A stretch of 32,000 nt of DNA from Candidatus Electrothrix yaqonensis (GTDB taxonomy: Bacteria; Desulfobacterota; Desulfobulbia; Desulfobulbales; Desulfobulbaceae), in NCBI GenBank assembly GCA_047651235.1, contig CP178758.1, forward strand, positions 150,001-182,000, in the 5' to 3' direction. Positions 1-8,477 of this stretch are shown here, in pieces. The notes under the pieces are model-generated. The model did not search any database. It saw nothing but the letters and a program-made list of their open reading frames with translations, and was not told where the DNA came from. How positions within the stretch are numbered: the first letter of the stretch is position 1; each line of letters begins with the position of its first letter. Made by a program: the position numbers and the translations under genes.

Positions 1-36
1 ATCCAGAAATTAGACAGGCTATTGATAACATTCTGA

Positions 37-570
37 CGGTTACAAGATGAATTCAGCAATAGACCAATCGGCAAAAGGAACATATCCGTTTTCATCGGTA
101 TTACAAATCGTGCCGCTGAACCAGGATGTTGAGTAAAGTGAGTAAAGATCCAAAGCGAAGCCAGCTTCAGTTTGGAAAAAATTCCGGATTTGCATCTTGA
201 CTGTTTGAAATATGCAGATATAGGTCAACATGGCCAGAACAGTTTCAACGCATCATGCGTACATGTTCAAATCTGACTCTGGATTTCCCTCTGGAATCAT
301 CTGTCAATTATAGGGTATATCACATCCCGTGTGATAATATTCTTATTGGCAGAGGTCCGTTCACAATCTCGAAGGTCCTCACCGACAACGGAAAGGAGTT
401 CACCTGTCGTTTCTGTCCGTCCGGAGAGCATGAGCCGACGGGAAACATCTGTTCGGAAGTGTGCCGATCAGTCGGGGCTTGACATGCATCACCAGTCTAT
501 CGCTGCGACGCCCGGCTGCAGCGTCAGTTCATCTTTCTTGTACGGAATATATTGTTTTTTCTTTCCGCTG
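37..570 (+). pseudogene. IS481-family-like DDE transposase (integrase-core) remnant, frameshifted and truncated
   Basis: The frame of ORF 255..482 reads GPFTISKVLTDNGKEFTCRF...GEHEPTGN, matching the TDNGxEF block of rve/DDE integrase cores. An upstream frame (from 37) reads GKRNISVFIGITNRA, resembling the YLFVAID(R)ATR block but with the catalytic D lost. The downstream continuation (CADQSGLDMHHQSIAATPG) lies in another frame. No intact ORF remains. Confidence 0.45.
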
Positions 571-682
571 CAACTATGTTATATATTCTATGCTGCATAA
601 CCTATGCAGAGTTTTTCATAAACTCCGGAATCACCGGATATGCTGAAGAGAAAGAAAGAACAGTGACGCCGCGAAACGCTCT

Positions 683-2590
683 ATGTTTTTTGCAGATTGG
701 ACCGATATTTCTGTTTTTCCGCGCAGGCTGAAGGCTGCCCTGCTGCTGTTTGCCTTTGCAGCAGGACTATCAGGAGTCGGCGGATGCGTCGGACATACAC
801 CTTCTGCCCGTAAGGGGAAAGGGATAAAGCCTGCATCTTCTGTCAGCAGAAGTAAAGCCGATCAGGCGGTTGATTCTGCTGAGTCGGATTCTGATAAATC
901 TGCACCTGAAATCACCGGAGAGAAAGAAACAGCAGATTACAGCTGCAGTTATTTCCAGTTTCTCCGGGGGCGTCATGCTGAACTGGCCGCAGAATATGAA
1001 GAGGCGCTTGCCTGCTACGAAAAGTCTTTGCGCTGCGACCGGGATGCTGATTTTGTTTTCCGTAAAATCCCTCTGCTCCTCCTCCATCTGAACCGCAGTG
1101 ACGAGGCGGTTTCCAGATTAAAAAAATATTTAACCGATCATCCTGAAGATACGATGTCCAGGCTGCTGCTGGCCAAAATTTTTATCCGTCAGGACGAATT
1201 CGAAAAAGCCGCCCGGCAGTACCGTGAAATTCACGGTCTGCATCCTGATGAGACCGGTTCCCAGATTCTGCTTGCAGAACTTTATCTTGCCGAGAATAAA
1301 ACAGATAAGGCTGAATCAGTCCTGCGGGACATTCTTACTGCGAATGATGACTCCTATCCGGCCCATCTCCTGCTGGCCCGGCTGCTGATTGCGGAAGAAG
1401 ATTTTGCAGCAGGCCGACGGCATTATCAGCAGGCCCTCGATCTTCTCTGGTCTGAAGAGCTGCAGATGGAACTGGCCGAGGTGCTGATCCGGCAAAAAAA
1501 GTATGCCCGCGCAGTTGAAATGTATCAGGAGATCCTGCAGCATGACGAGCTGAACGAGGAGGTCAGAATTTCACTGGTTCAACTGTACCTCCTGCAGGGA
1601 AAAGAAAAAAAGGCCATGGCCGAGCTGAGGCGGCTGAAGAAGAACACGCAGCATCTGGAACAGGTTGAACTGGGCGTTGTCCGGTTGTATATCCGTTGGG
1701 AAAAGTACGACAGGGCCATCCGTCTGCTGGAAAAACTGCTGCAGAGGAAGGAGCTGTCCGGGGCCCGGTATCTGCTTGCCGTGCTCCGTTTTCAGGAAAA
1801 GCAGTATGACGTGGCCTTGCGTGACCTGAAAAAAATCGGTCCGGATGCCGGGGAATATGAAGATGCTGTTTTTCTGCAGGTCCGCACGCTGCAGGAGCTG
1901 GAACGGCATAAGGAGGCTGTCCGGCTTCTGGAGTCGGCTGTTGCCGAAGAAGAAGGACGGACTCCAGATCTGTATGTTCTGCTTGCCGGAATATATGAGT
2001 TTTTAGGCTGGCAGGAGCGCGGCCGGAAAACCTTTCTCCGGGCCTTGAAGGTCTATCCGGAGAATGAGGAGGTGCTGTACGAGTACGGACTGTTTCTCCA
2101 TCATATCGGAGAACAGCCGCAGGCCCTGGAGATCATGCAGCGGATTATTGCCGTACAGCCGGAACATGCAGGTGCGCTGAATTATGTCGGGTACATGTGG
2201 GCGACAAAAAAAATGCATCTGGACAAGGCCCTGCAGTATATCTCCCGCGCTGCACAACTGAAGCCGAAGAACGGTTATATACAAGACAGCCTCGGCTGGG
2301 TGTATTATCAGCAGGGCAAGTTTATCCGGGCTGTCAAGGCGCTGGAGCAGGCCCTGGAGCTGAGCCCTGATGCTCCGATGATCCTTGATCATCTTGCAGA
2401 TGCCTATCTGGCTGCCGGACAGACGGAAAAAGCCCTGGCAATCTGGCGCAGGGCCTTGGAGCTGTACAGGCAAAATACAGATGAGAACGGCAAAGGGGAC
2501 AGCAGTCGGAAAGAAGAAAAAAGCAAAATCGGACAACTGGAGAAAATAGAAAAAAAAATGCGTGGCCTTGAACAGAAGGAGAAAAAGTGA
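683..2590 (+). CDS. TPR-repeat lipoprotein
   Basis: 635-aa ORF. The N-terminal signal peptide ends in a lipobox (LSGVGGC). The body is many degenerate 34-aa TPR-like units (AxxxYxxAL / LGxxYxxxGxxxxA patterns). The C-terminus is Lys/Glu-rich. Confidence 0.85.
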   Translation: MFFADWTDISVFPRRLKAALLLFAFAAGLSGVGGCVGHTPSARKGKGIKPASSVSRSKADQAVDSAESDSDKSAPEITGEKETADYSCSYFQFLRGRHAELAAEYEEALACYEKSLRCDRDADFVFRKIPLLLLHLNRSDEAVSRLKKYLTDHPEDTMSRLLLAKIFIRQDEFEKAARQYREIHGLHPDETGSQILLAELYLAENKTDKAESVLRDILTANDDSYPAHLLLARLLIAEEDFAAGRRHYQQALDLLWSEELQMELAEVLIRQKKYARAVEMYQEILQHDELNEEVRISLVQLYLLQGKEKKAMAELRRLKKNTQHLEQVELGVVRLYIRWEKYDRAIRLLEKLLQRKELSGARYLLAVLRFQEKQYDVALRDLKKIGPDAGEYEDAVFLQVRTLQELERHKEAVRLLESAVAEEEGRTPDLYVLLAGIYEFLGWQERGRKTFLRALKVYPENEEVLYEYGLFLHHIGEQPQALEIMQRIIAVQPEHAGALNYVGYMWATKKMHLDKALQYISRAAQLKPKNGYIQDSLGWVYYQQGKFIRAVKALEQALELSPDAPMILDHLADAYLAAGQTEKALAIWRRALELYRQNTDENGKGDSSRKEEKSKIGQLEKIEKKMRGLEQKEKK

Positions 2591-3441
2591 GATTGATCGG
2601 GCAGGGGATAAAACAGTGGATACTATGGGCTTGTGCGGGACTGCTGCTCCTGAGCGGTTGTGCGGCAACGCCGCCCAAAACCGTAGAGATCAGCGGGGGA
2701 GACCTGCAGCAGGTGGAGGACAGATTGTCCCGTTTTCTGGGTCAATCCTGTGTGAGTTCTGTGGACAGCGATGTGCAGCTCCTGCTGCAGGCGTACGGTC
2801 AGGAGAAGAAACTTTCCGCTGTGATGCAGGCCATGCGGCCGTGTTTTCTCCGTCTTGCCGTGACGGATCCTCTCGGCAGACCGCTGATGATTCTGGGAAC
2901 GGATGAACACAGGTTTACCTTTGCGGATAACAGCGAATCTATCGGGTATACAGGCTCGATGGACCTGGACGTGGTGCATAAATTTCTGCCTGCATTTATT
3001 CCGACCAGGGATGTTTTTTACTGGCTCAGTGGCCGGATCAACGGCATCGGGATGCAGGTGCTGGAAAGCAAAGTGGATGCTGCTGAGGATTCGCTGTACT
3101 GGTATACAGTCGAATACAGCGGTAGCGGTCAGAACGGTCACAATCAGAGTAAGAATGAAGGGATAACCCATATGCTGGCCCTGAACGAAAAGAATCAGCT
3201 GGTCCGTCATCTGGTGCTGGATGCGGAGAAGGATATTCAGTTTGAAGCCAAGTACAGTCAGTATTCCTCAACACCGAAAGCCTGCAGCTGGCCCGGCAGG
3301 ATAGACATTTCAGGCGAGGCATTGGAGTCGGATTTTACTGTGGAGTTTTCCGAGATCTTTGATTTTAACCCGAAGCCGAACAATCATTTTCAGATTAAAC
3401 TGCCGCCGCATTTCACAGTCCGGAAAATCATCAACTCCTGA
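2587..3441 (+). CDS. Outer-membrane-type lipoprotein, possibly LolB/DUF4292-like
   Basis: 284-aa ORF whose GTG start overlaps the upstream stop (GTGA). It has a signal peptide with a lipobox (LLLLSGC). Pairing with a TPR protein is common in Desulfobacterota; the family call is tentative. Confidence 0.75.
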   Translation: MRLIGQGIKQWILWACAGLLLLSGCAATPPKTVEISGGDLQQVEDRLSRFLGQSCVSSVDSDVQLLLQAYGQEKKLSAVMQAMRPCFLRLAVTDPLGRPLMILGTDEHRFTFADNSESIGYTGSMDLDVVHKFLPAFIPTRDVFYWLSGRINGIGMQVLESKVDAAEDSLYWYTVEYSGSGQNGHNQSKNEGITHMLALNEKNQLVRHLVLDAEKDIQFEAKYSQYSSTPKACSWPGRIDISGEALESDFTVEFSEIFDFNPKPNNHFQIKLPPHFTVRKIINS

Positions 3442-3678
3442 ACGGGCAGGTCATCTCTGCTTTCTCTCCTTTCCCGCTGCATTTTCTGAAGGTTCCCTGT
3501 CTCCCTGCCCGGACGGGACAGGGACCTCATGCCGGACGTTCCCGTTGAACCGGCGTTTCCGCTCCTTCCGCTTTTTATCTCTTCCCCCATTTCTGTCTTC
3601 TGTCAGGTGCTGCCGATTGTAAACTTTTGAACCGCAGGCTACCCGGTGAGCAGAACAGTCAGTTTTTATGTGACACGG

Positions 3679-3708
3679 TATCAAATTTATTATACAATTT
3701 TTTATAAT
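3679..3708 (+). promoter_or_regulatory. Candidate sigma70-type promoter for the ATPase operon (-10 only is convincing)
   Basis: A perfect TATAAT lies at 3703-3708 inside an AT-rich stretch about 105 nt upstream of the ATG at 3815. The -35 region is weak (TATCAA). Confidence 0.25.
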
Positions 3709-3814
3709 CAGCTTCAGTGCTCCTGCCCGGACTGTTGTTCTGCAAGAGGATCAGCAGCCGGACAGGCGGATAATTGCCTGACAACAGGCGGTACAGAAAC
3801 AAGGCAGGCTGCAT

Positions 3815-5113
3815 ATGCGTATTGAGGACCCCCGGCCCCGAACAATCAGGGTCGGCTATCGTATACAACTGGAGAGGTGTCAGTCATGGGATGAGAGCTG
3901 TCATATCTTTGATGAAGAATCCGCCTTTGCCGTGGAGATGGCACTGGCCACCGGGCGGCCTCTGCTGATCCGCGGCGAGCCGGGCAGCGGCAAGAGTCAG
4001 CTGGCCCGTGCTGCTGCGCAGGAGCTGAACCGCTGCCTTCTTGCCGAGACTATTACTGCAGCTTCCGAGGGAAGGGATCTGCTCTGGCAGTATGACCCGG
4101 TAGCCCGGCTCAGTGAGGCCCAGGCCGGAGCTGCCGAGTCGGCAATACGACGGCAGCGCAGACTACTTGCCCGTGAAAATGAGGAGATGCTGTCTGCTGC
4201 GGCCGAAAATGACACCGGTCCACAGAACGGCGTAACCAGAAAAAAGAAAGTTCCTAGGTATAAAAAGAAAAAGCCGACCCACCGAAAAGACAGAAGGTTT
4301 TCATCGTTCGCCCGCACGGCAACAGCAGAACCGCTCAGTCGGATTAATTTTCCGGAACGGAAAGAACATATCCTGCGGCCTGCCCAGTACGTCAGTCCGG
4401 GCTTGCTCTGGTGGGCGTTTGACAGTATTTCTGCGTACAGGCAGTATACAACCTGCCGATACCCGTTTTATACCCCCGGTTTTTTATATGAGGACACTGA
4501 TGAGCATGATGCGGCGGAGCGCGGTTTTGTTGTCCTGATTGATGAAATCGACAAGGCTGATTCCTCCCTGCCCAATGCCCTGCTTGAGGTGCTGGGGAAC
4601 GGCGGCTTTTATGTGCCTATGGTTGATGAATCTGTGGGTACGGCATTGGCGCGGAAAAAACCGCTGGTGATCATCACCACCAATGAAGAGCGGGAACTGC
4701 CTCCGGCCTTTGTCCGCCGCTGTCTGGTACTGCATCTCCGTTTTGACGACGAAGAATATCTGCGTTCTTGGTGGCAGCAGCAGGCGGACCGGTCTCCGCA
4801 GCTCTATCCTCTTGATGCATTTGCCCGGGAAGCAGCCCTGATCCGCTGGCTGGCAGAACGGGGGGAAATACATTTTCAGGGGATATTCACTGAGCGGGTC
4901 AGGGAAAGGGCGGCGCTGCTGCTGGTCCGGGATCGGCGGGCGGCGCAGCGTATCGGTGCGGTCCGGCCGGGACAGGCGGAATTTCTTGATCTGTTGCGGG
5001 CCCTGCGCGACATGCCAGGCCCAGACAGTTCCGGCGAGGCCCTGGAGTTGTATCAGCTGGCTCTGCTGAAAAAAATCAGCCGGTATGCTCTGGTCAAATC
5101 CGCTGCAGAATAG
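3815..5113 (+). CDS. AAA+ ATPase, MoxR/AAA_5-like, with a large basic insertion
   Basis: Walker A is GEPGSGKS (3974-3997) and Walker B is VVLIDEIDKAD (D/E at 4541-4546). The AAA_5-like tail reads LPNALLEVL...PLVIITTNEERELPPAFVRRC. About 180 aa separate Walker A from Walker B, including TRKKKVPRYKKKKPTHRKDRR. Confidence 0.85.
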   Translation: MRIEDPRPRTIRVGYRIQLERCQSWDESCHIFDEESAFAVEMALATGRPLLIRGEPGSGKSQLARAAAQELNRCLLAETITAASEGRDLLWQYDPVARLSEAQAGAAESAIRRQRRLLARENEEMLSAAAENDTGPQNGVTRKKKVPRYKKKKPTHRKDRRFSSFARTATAEPLSRINFPERKEHILRPAQYVSPGLLWWAFDSISAYRQYTTCRYPFYTPGFLYEDTDEHDAAERGFVVLIDEIDKADSSLPNALLEVLGNGGFYVPMVDESVGTALARKKPLVIITTNEERELPPAFVRRCLVLHLRFDDEEYLRSWWQQQADRSPQLYPLDAFAREAALIRWLAERGEIHFQGIFTERVRERAALLLVRDRRAAQRIGAVRPGQAEFLDLLRALRDMPGPDSSGEALELYQLALLKKISRYALVKSAAE

Positions 5114-5116
5114 ACC

Positions 5117-7597
5117 ATGAATCGGCTCCGGACACAGGTCAGCAGGGCGGACATCCTGCGTCTGCTTGCAGTGCAGCGGACAGCCTCTGTGGATGCCGCA
5201 GCCCGACTGAGCGGGTATATAGCTGAAAAAATTTCTGAAAAACAACATCGCCCAGCGGGATCGCCGGAACCGATAAAGAATCAAGTTCTCCCGCAGCGCA
5301 GGCCGACAGAAACTGCGGTTGAGGAAGAGCCTGTAGAAACTGAGGAAGTCACCGATTTCCTGCCGCCGGAACGTTTCTGGTCTGTGCATAAACGGCAGCA
5401 GGTTCAGCAATCTGTTTACGGATCAGTTTACAGTATTCCAGCGTGGCAGAAAGAGGTTCCGGGAGATGGTGTCGCCCTGCCGGTTGCCCTGCAGAAGATA
5501 GTCCCTCTGCAGCCTGAGGAGCTGCGCCTTCCTGAATTTATCCCGTGCAGCAGGAGTCAATCAGCAGGCCGGGAACCCTGTTCATTTTCCGGCTCTTTTT
5601 CTGCTCTGCCTGACAGAATCGGGAAGCAGGCCCTTTCCGGTGCAGGCATCAACAGACTGGTCGTTGCGCTGGCCAAGTTCTCCCCTCTGCACCGGCTTTC
5701 CCACCGCAGCAGGGGCCAGTCTGCTGTCCGACAATCTGCTGCAACGTCTTCTGCAGCACAGCCGGAAAAAAAGTTCCGTCTTCATATACGACGCCTGCTG
5801 GGTCTGCTTGCAGTAACCACGTATGCGGATTCCCGGTTATTCTCCGGTATTTTACGTCTTCTGCCTTCTTCATTTCCTGATCTTGAAATAGAAGCGGCTG
5901 TCCGGCTGCACCCTGATGTGCAGTGGAACGAGCGGATGCAGTTTGCCGTCAGACCGGAAAAACTGGCTGCATATCAGCAGGTCTTTGCCGAGGAAGCCCC
6001 TGCGGTGCAGGCCGGAATGGTGGATCTGCTGCGACAGCACCGTTCCGTGGATGCTCCGGCGTTATTTGCTCTGGAGCTGCTGCATCTCTGCCCGCTGTTC
6101 CGCTCGGCAGAGATGATGAAGCGGTATGCGGGCCAGCTGCTGGAGGGGTTTATGCTGCGGGTTGTCCGTACCTGGTTTGCGCGCCCGGAAGACAGCTCCC
6201 TTCTCCGGTATGCCCGTCGCCTTTTCCGGCTTCTGGAGATGCTGCCGGAAACCGTGTGGAAGCAGCGCCCCGGTCCTTCTTTTTTGTACGGTATCGTACA
6301 TCGGGAACGCCTGCGGGCCGGAGCAGTTGTGCCGCCGCAATATGATCCGGAAGCTGTGCTCTGTCCGGTGCGGCAGGTCATTGTCCCGTCTGCCGGATAT
6401 CTGCTCCAGCAGCAGGGAGAGTGTATTTTTTTGTCCCGAATGTCTCCTGCCGGGACAGACCGGGGCCCGGTAAGTCCGCTTGCCGAACTTGTCCTGTCCG
6501 CAGACTGTCTGCTGCTGTATCGGGAAGAGCAGGTTGAAATCCTGCCGGTCCGTTCCGGCAGGCCGATCTTCAACTGCAGCGGTCGGACAGCAGGATTCTG
6601 TCTCCAAACCCCGCTTGAAAAAATATCTGTCCGGACCTGCTTCCGACCTTTCTGGGCCCGGTCCATCGGCCGGAACAGCAGGGGACTGTTCGTTGACGTC
6701 TCCTGGCTTGGTAGAACTGAACGTCTGCTGTGGAAGAATCAGAGCGGAAACAGGGGAAACAGGACAGGCTGCTGGGTCGGGACCGGGAGCACCGGGGGGA
6801 TAGGGACGGATCAGTACGGGCTGTATGCGGATGTTGCGCTTGGTGATCGGGCTATGCAGCGGTTCCGCCGGATAGAGCCGGGCAGATTTATGATGGGCTC
6901 GCCTGCGGACGAGACGGAACGGGAAAGTCTGGGCAGGGAGTCGCTGCATGAGGTCGTTTTAACCAAAGGATTCTGGATGGCAGATACTGCAGTTACCCAG
7001 AAGATGTGGCAGGCCATGATGGGGGAAAATCCCGCCTGCTTTCAGGGCGACAGCCTGCCGGTGGAAAATGTGAGCCGTCACGATGCGCTGCGGTTTGTAC
7101 GCCGACTGAACAGACTGATTCCCGGGATTGTAGCGCGCCTGCCCACGGAAGCGGAATGGGAATACTGCTGCCGGGCCGGTACTTCCACCCCTTTTTTTTT
7201 CGGAGAACAGATCAGCCCGCAACAGGTGAATTATAAGAACAAGCAGCATCCCCGGCAGGATACGTCCCGTCCGGGAACATCCGGAAATAACAGCAGAGGA
7301 ACTGTGGCGGTGCAATCGCTGCCCTGCAATGCTTGGGGGCTGTACGAAATGCACGGTAATGTCTGGGAATGGTGTCAGGATTACTGGCAGGACGACCTTG
7401 CTGCTGATGAACCTGTGATTGATCCCCAAGGACCGGCAATGGGAGAGTTCTGCGTTGTACGCGGCGGTTCCTGGTTTCTTGGCAGCCGCGGGGTCCGTTC
7501 GGCTGTCCGGGGAAAATTTGCGCCGCATTTCAGTAACAACCGCATCGGTTTCCGGCTTGTCCTGAACTTAGAGCAGGGAGAGGAACGTGTACCGTAA
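5117..7597 (+). CDS. Large uncharacterised protein with a C-terminal FGE/SUMF1-type (C-type-lectin-fold) domain
   Basis: 826-aa ORF starting 3 nt after the ATPase stop. The C-terminal ~255 aa (about 6800-7570) carry FGE-sulfatase signatures: RFRRIEPGRFMMGSP, LPTEAEWEYCCRAG, NAWGLYEMHGNVWEWCQD, VVRGGSW, IGFRLV. I recognise no family in the N-terminal ~560 aa. Confidence 0.85.
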   Translation: MNRLRTQVSRADILRLLAVQRTASVDAAARLSGYIAEKISEKQHRPAGSPEPIKNQVLPQRRPTETAVEEEPVETEEVTDFLPPERFWSVHKRQQVQQSVYGSVYSIPAWQKEVPGDGVALPVALQKIVPLQPEELRLPEFIPCSRSQSAGREPCSFSGSFSALPDRIGKQALSGAGINRLVVALAKFSPLHRLSHRSRGQSAVRQSAATSSAAQPEKKFRLHIRRLLGLLAVTTYADSRLFSGILRLLPSSFPDLEIEAAVRLHPDVQWNERMQFAVRPEKLAAYQQVFAEEAPAVQAGMVDLLRQHRSVDAPALFALELLHLCPLFRSAEMMKRYAGQLLEGFMLRVVRTWFARPEDSSLLRYARRLFRLLEMLPETVWKQRPGPSFLYGIVHRERLRAGAVVPPQYDPEAVLCPVRQVIVPSAGYLLQQQGECIFLSRMSPAGTDRGPVSPLAELVLSADCLLLYREEQVEILPVRSGRPIFNCSGRTAGFCLQTPLEKISVRTCFRPFWARSIGRNSRGLFVDVSWLGRTERLLWKNQSGNRGNRTGCWVGTGSTGGIGTDQYGLYADVALGDRAMQRFRRIEPGRFMMGSPADETERESLGRESLHEVVLTKGFWMADTAVTQKMWQAMMGENPACFQGDSLPVENVSRHDALRFVRRLNRLIPGIVARLPTEAEWEYCCRAGTSTPFFFGEQISPQQVNYKNKQHPRQDTSRPGTSGNNSRGTVAVQSLPCNAWGLYEMHGNVWEWCQDYWQDDLAADEPVIDPQGPAMGEFCVVRGGSWFLGSRGVRSAVRGKFAPHFSNNRIGFRLVLNLEQGEERVP

Positions 7598-8417
7598 TCA
7601 TCTCTCGCCACCGCAGTTCCCTGCGCCGTGGGCTGCTGACTGGGGAGAGGATAACTACGGTCTGTGGATGACCTGTGCTCTGCACAGGGCGCGCCAGATC
7701 TTCCGCTGGATCAGGCCGGGAACCTTCATGATGGGCGCAGCAGCGGAGAAAGGCGGCCGGAGTCCCTGGCTTGGGCGGGTAACGCAGCACCGGGTGACCC
7801 TGTCCAAAGGTTTTTGGCTGGCCGACACAGCGGTTACTCAGGAGATGTGGACTGCAGCGATGGGTGAAAATCCGGCCTGTTTTACAGGTGCTGGCCTGCC
7901 TGTTGAACGGGTGAGCTGGCATGATGCGCAGGCCTTTATTCGGCAGCTGAATACCCTGCTTCCCGGTTTCAGAGCACGGTTACCCTTTGAGGCGGAATGG
8001 GAGTATGCCTGCCGGGCCGGAACAGCAACCCCTTTTTCGTTCGGCAATGAGGTCACGCCGGAGCAGGTTAATTATAACGGCAGATATCCCTGCAGCCGGG
8101 AGAGCCAGGGTGGTTCCGGGGTTCCCGGGCTGTACCGCCGGGAAACAGTACCGGTGAAAAGCCTACCCTGTAATTCCTGGGGCATGTACGAAATGCACGG
8201 CAATGTCCGGGAATGGTGCCAAGATTGCTGGCAGCCTGACCTGACTGCAGACCCTGCGGTTGATCCGCAGGGCCCGGTCAGGGGCTATGCCCGTCTGGTC
8301 CGGGGCGGTTCATGGGCTGATGATGCTTGGTCTGCCCGTTCCGCCTGCCGGGAAAGCTGCAGTCCCGATTTCCGCTCAGCAGGTATCGGTTTGCGGCTGG
8401 CAGTGAATTGCTTGTAA
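7587..8417 (+). CDS. Stand-alone FGE/SUMF1-type (C-type-lectin-fold) domain protein, paralog of the upstream C-terminus
   Basis: 276-aa ORF overlapping the upstream gene by 11 nt. It carries the same motif series: FRWIRPGTFMMG, LPFEAEWEYACRAG, NSWGMYEMHGNVREWCQD, LVRGGSW, IGLRLA. Confidence 0.85.
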   Translation: MYRNHLSPPQFPAPWAADWGEDNYGLWMTCALHRARQIFRWIRPGTFMMGAAAEKGGRSPWLGRVTQHRVTLSKGFWLADTAVTQEMWTAAMGENPACFTGAGLPVERVSWHDAQAFIRQLNTLLPGFRARLPFEAEWEYACRAGTATPFSFGNEVTPEQVNYNGRYPCSRESQGGSGVPGLYRRETVPVKSLPCNSWGMYEMHGNVREWCQDCWQPDLTADPAVDPQGPVRGYARLVRGGSWADDAWSARSACRESCSPDFRSAGIGLRLAVNCL

Positions 8418-8444
8418 AGAGGTTTGTAAAGCGAAGACTGCCGG

Positions 8445-8477
8445 AACAACGATTTCGGAGTATCGGGTTGTTTTATT
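8445..8477 (+). terminator. Candidate Rho-independent terminator of the ATPase/FGE operon
   Basis: AACAACGAT (8445-8453) pairs with ATCG-G-GTTGTT (8462-8472, one bulged G) and is followed by TTATT. It lies 28 nt after the stop at 8417. Confidence 0.45.

Noticed and set aside
40-231. 63-aa minus-strand ORF at the left edge
   Set aside because: It lies antisense within the decayed IS481-like region. It has no RBS and I recognise no family.
6800-8417. Diversity-generating retroelement (DGR) targeting the FGE/C-type-lectin-fold modules
   Set aside because: FGE-fold lectin domains are classic DGR targets, but the window has no reverse transcriptase. I also found no template/variable repeat pair. 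The 3' ends of the two paralogs differ at all base types rather than at adenine-specific positions, and no third near-identical ~100-nt copy exists.
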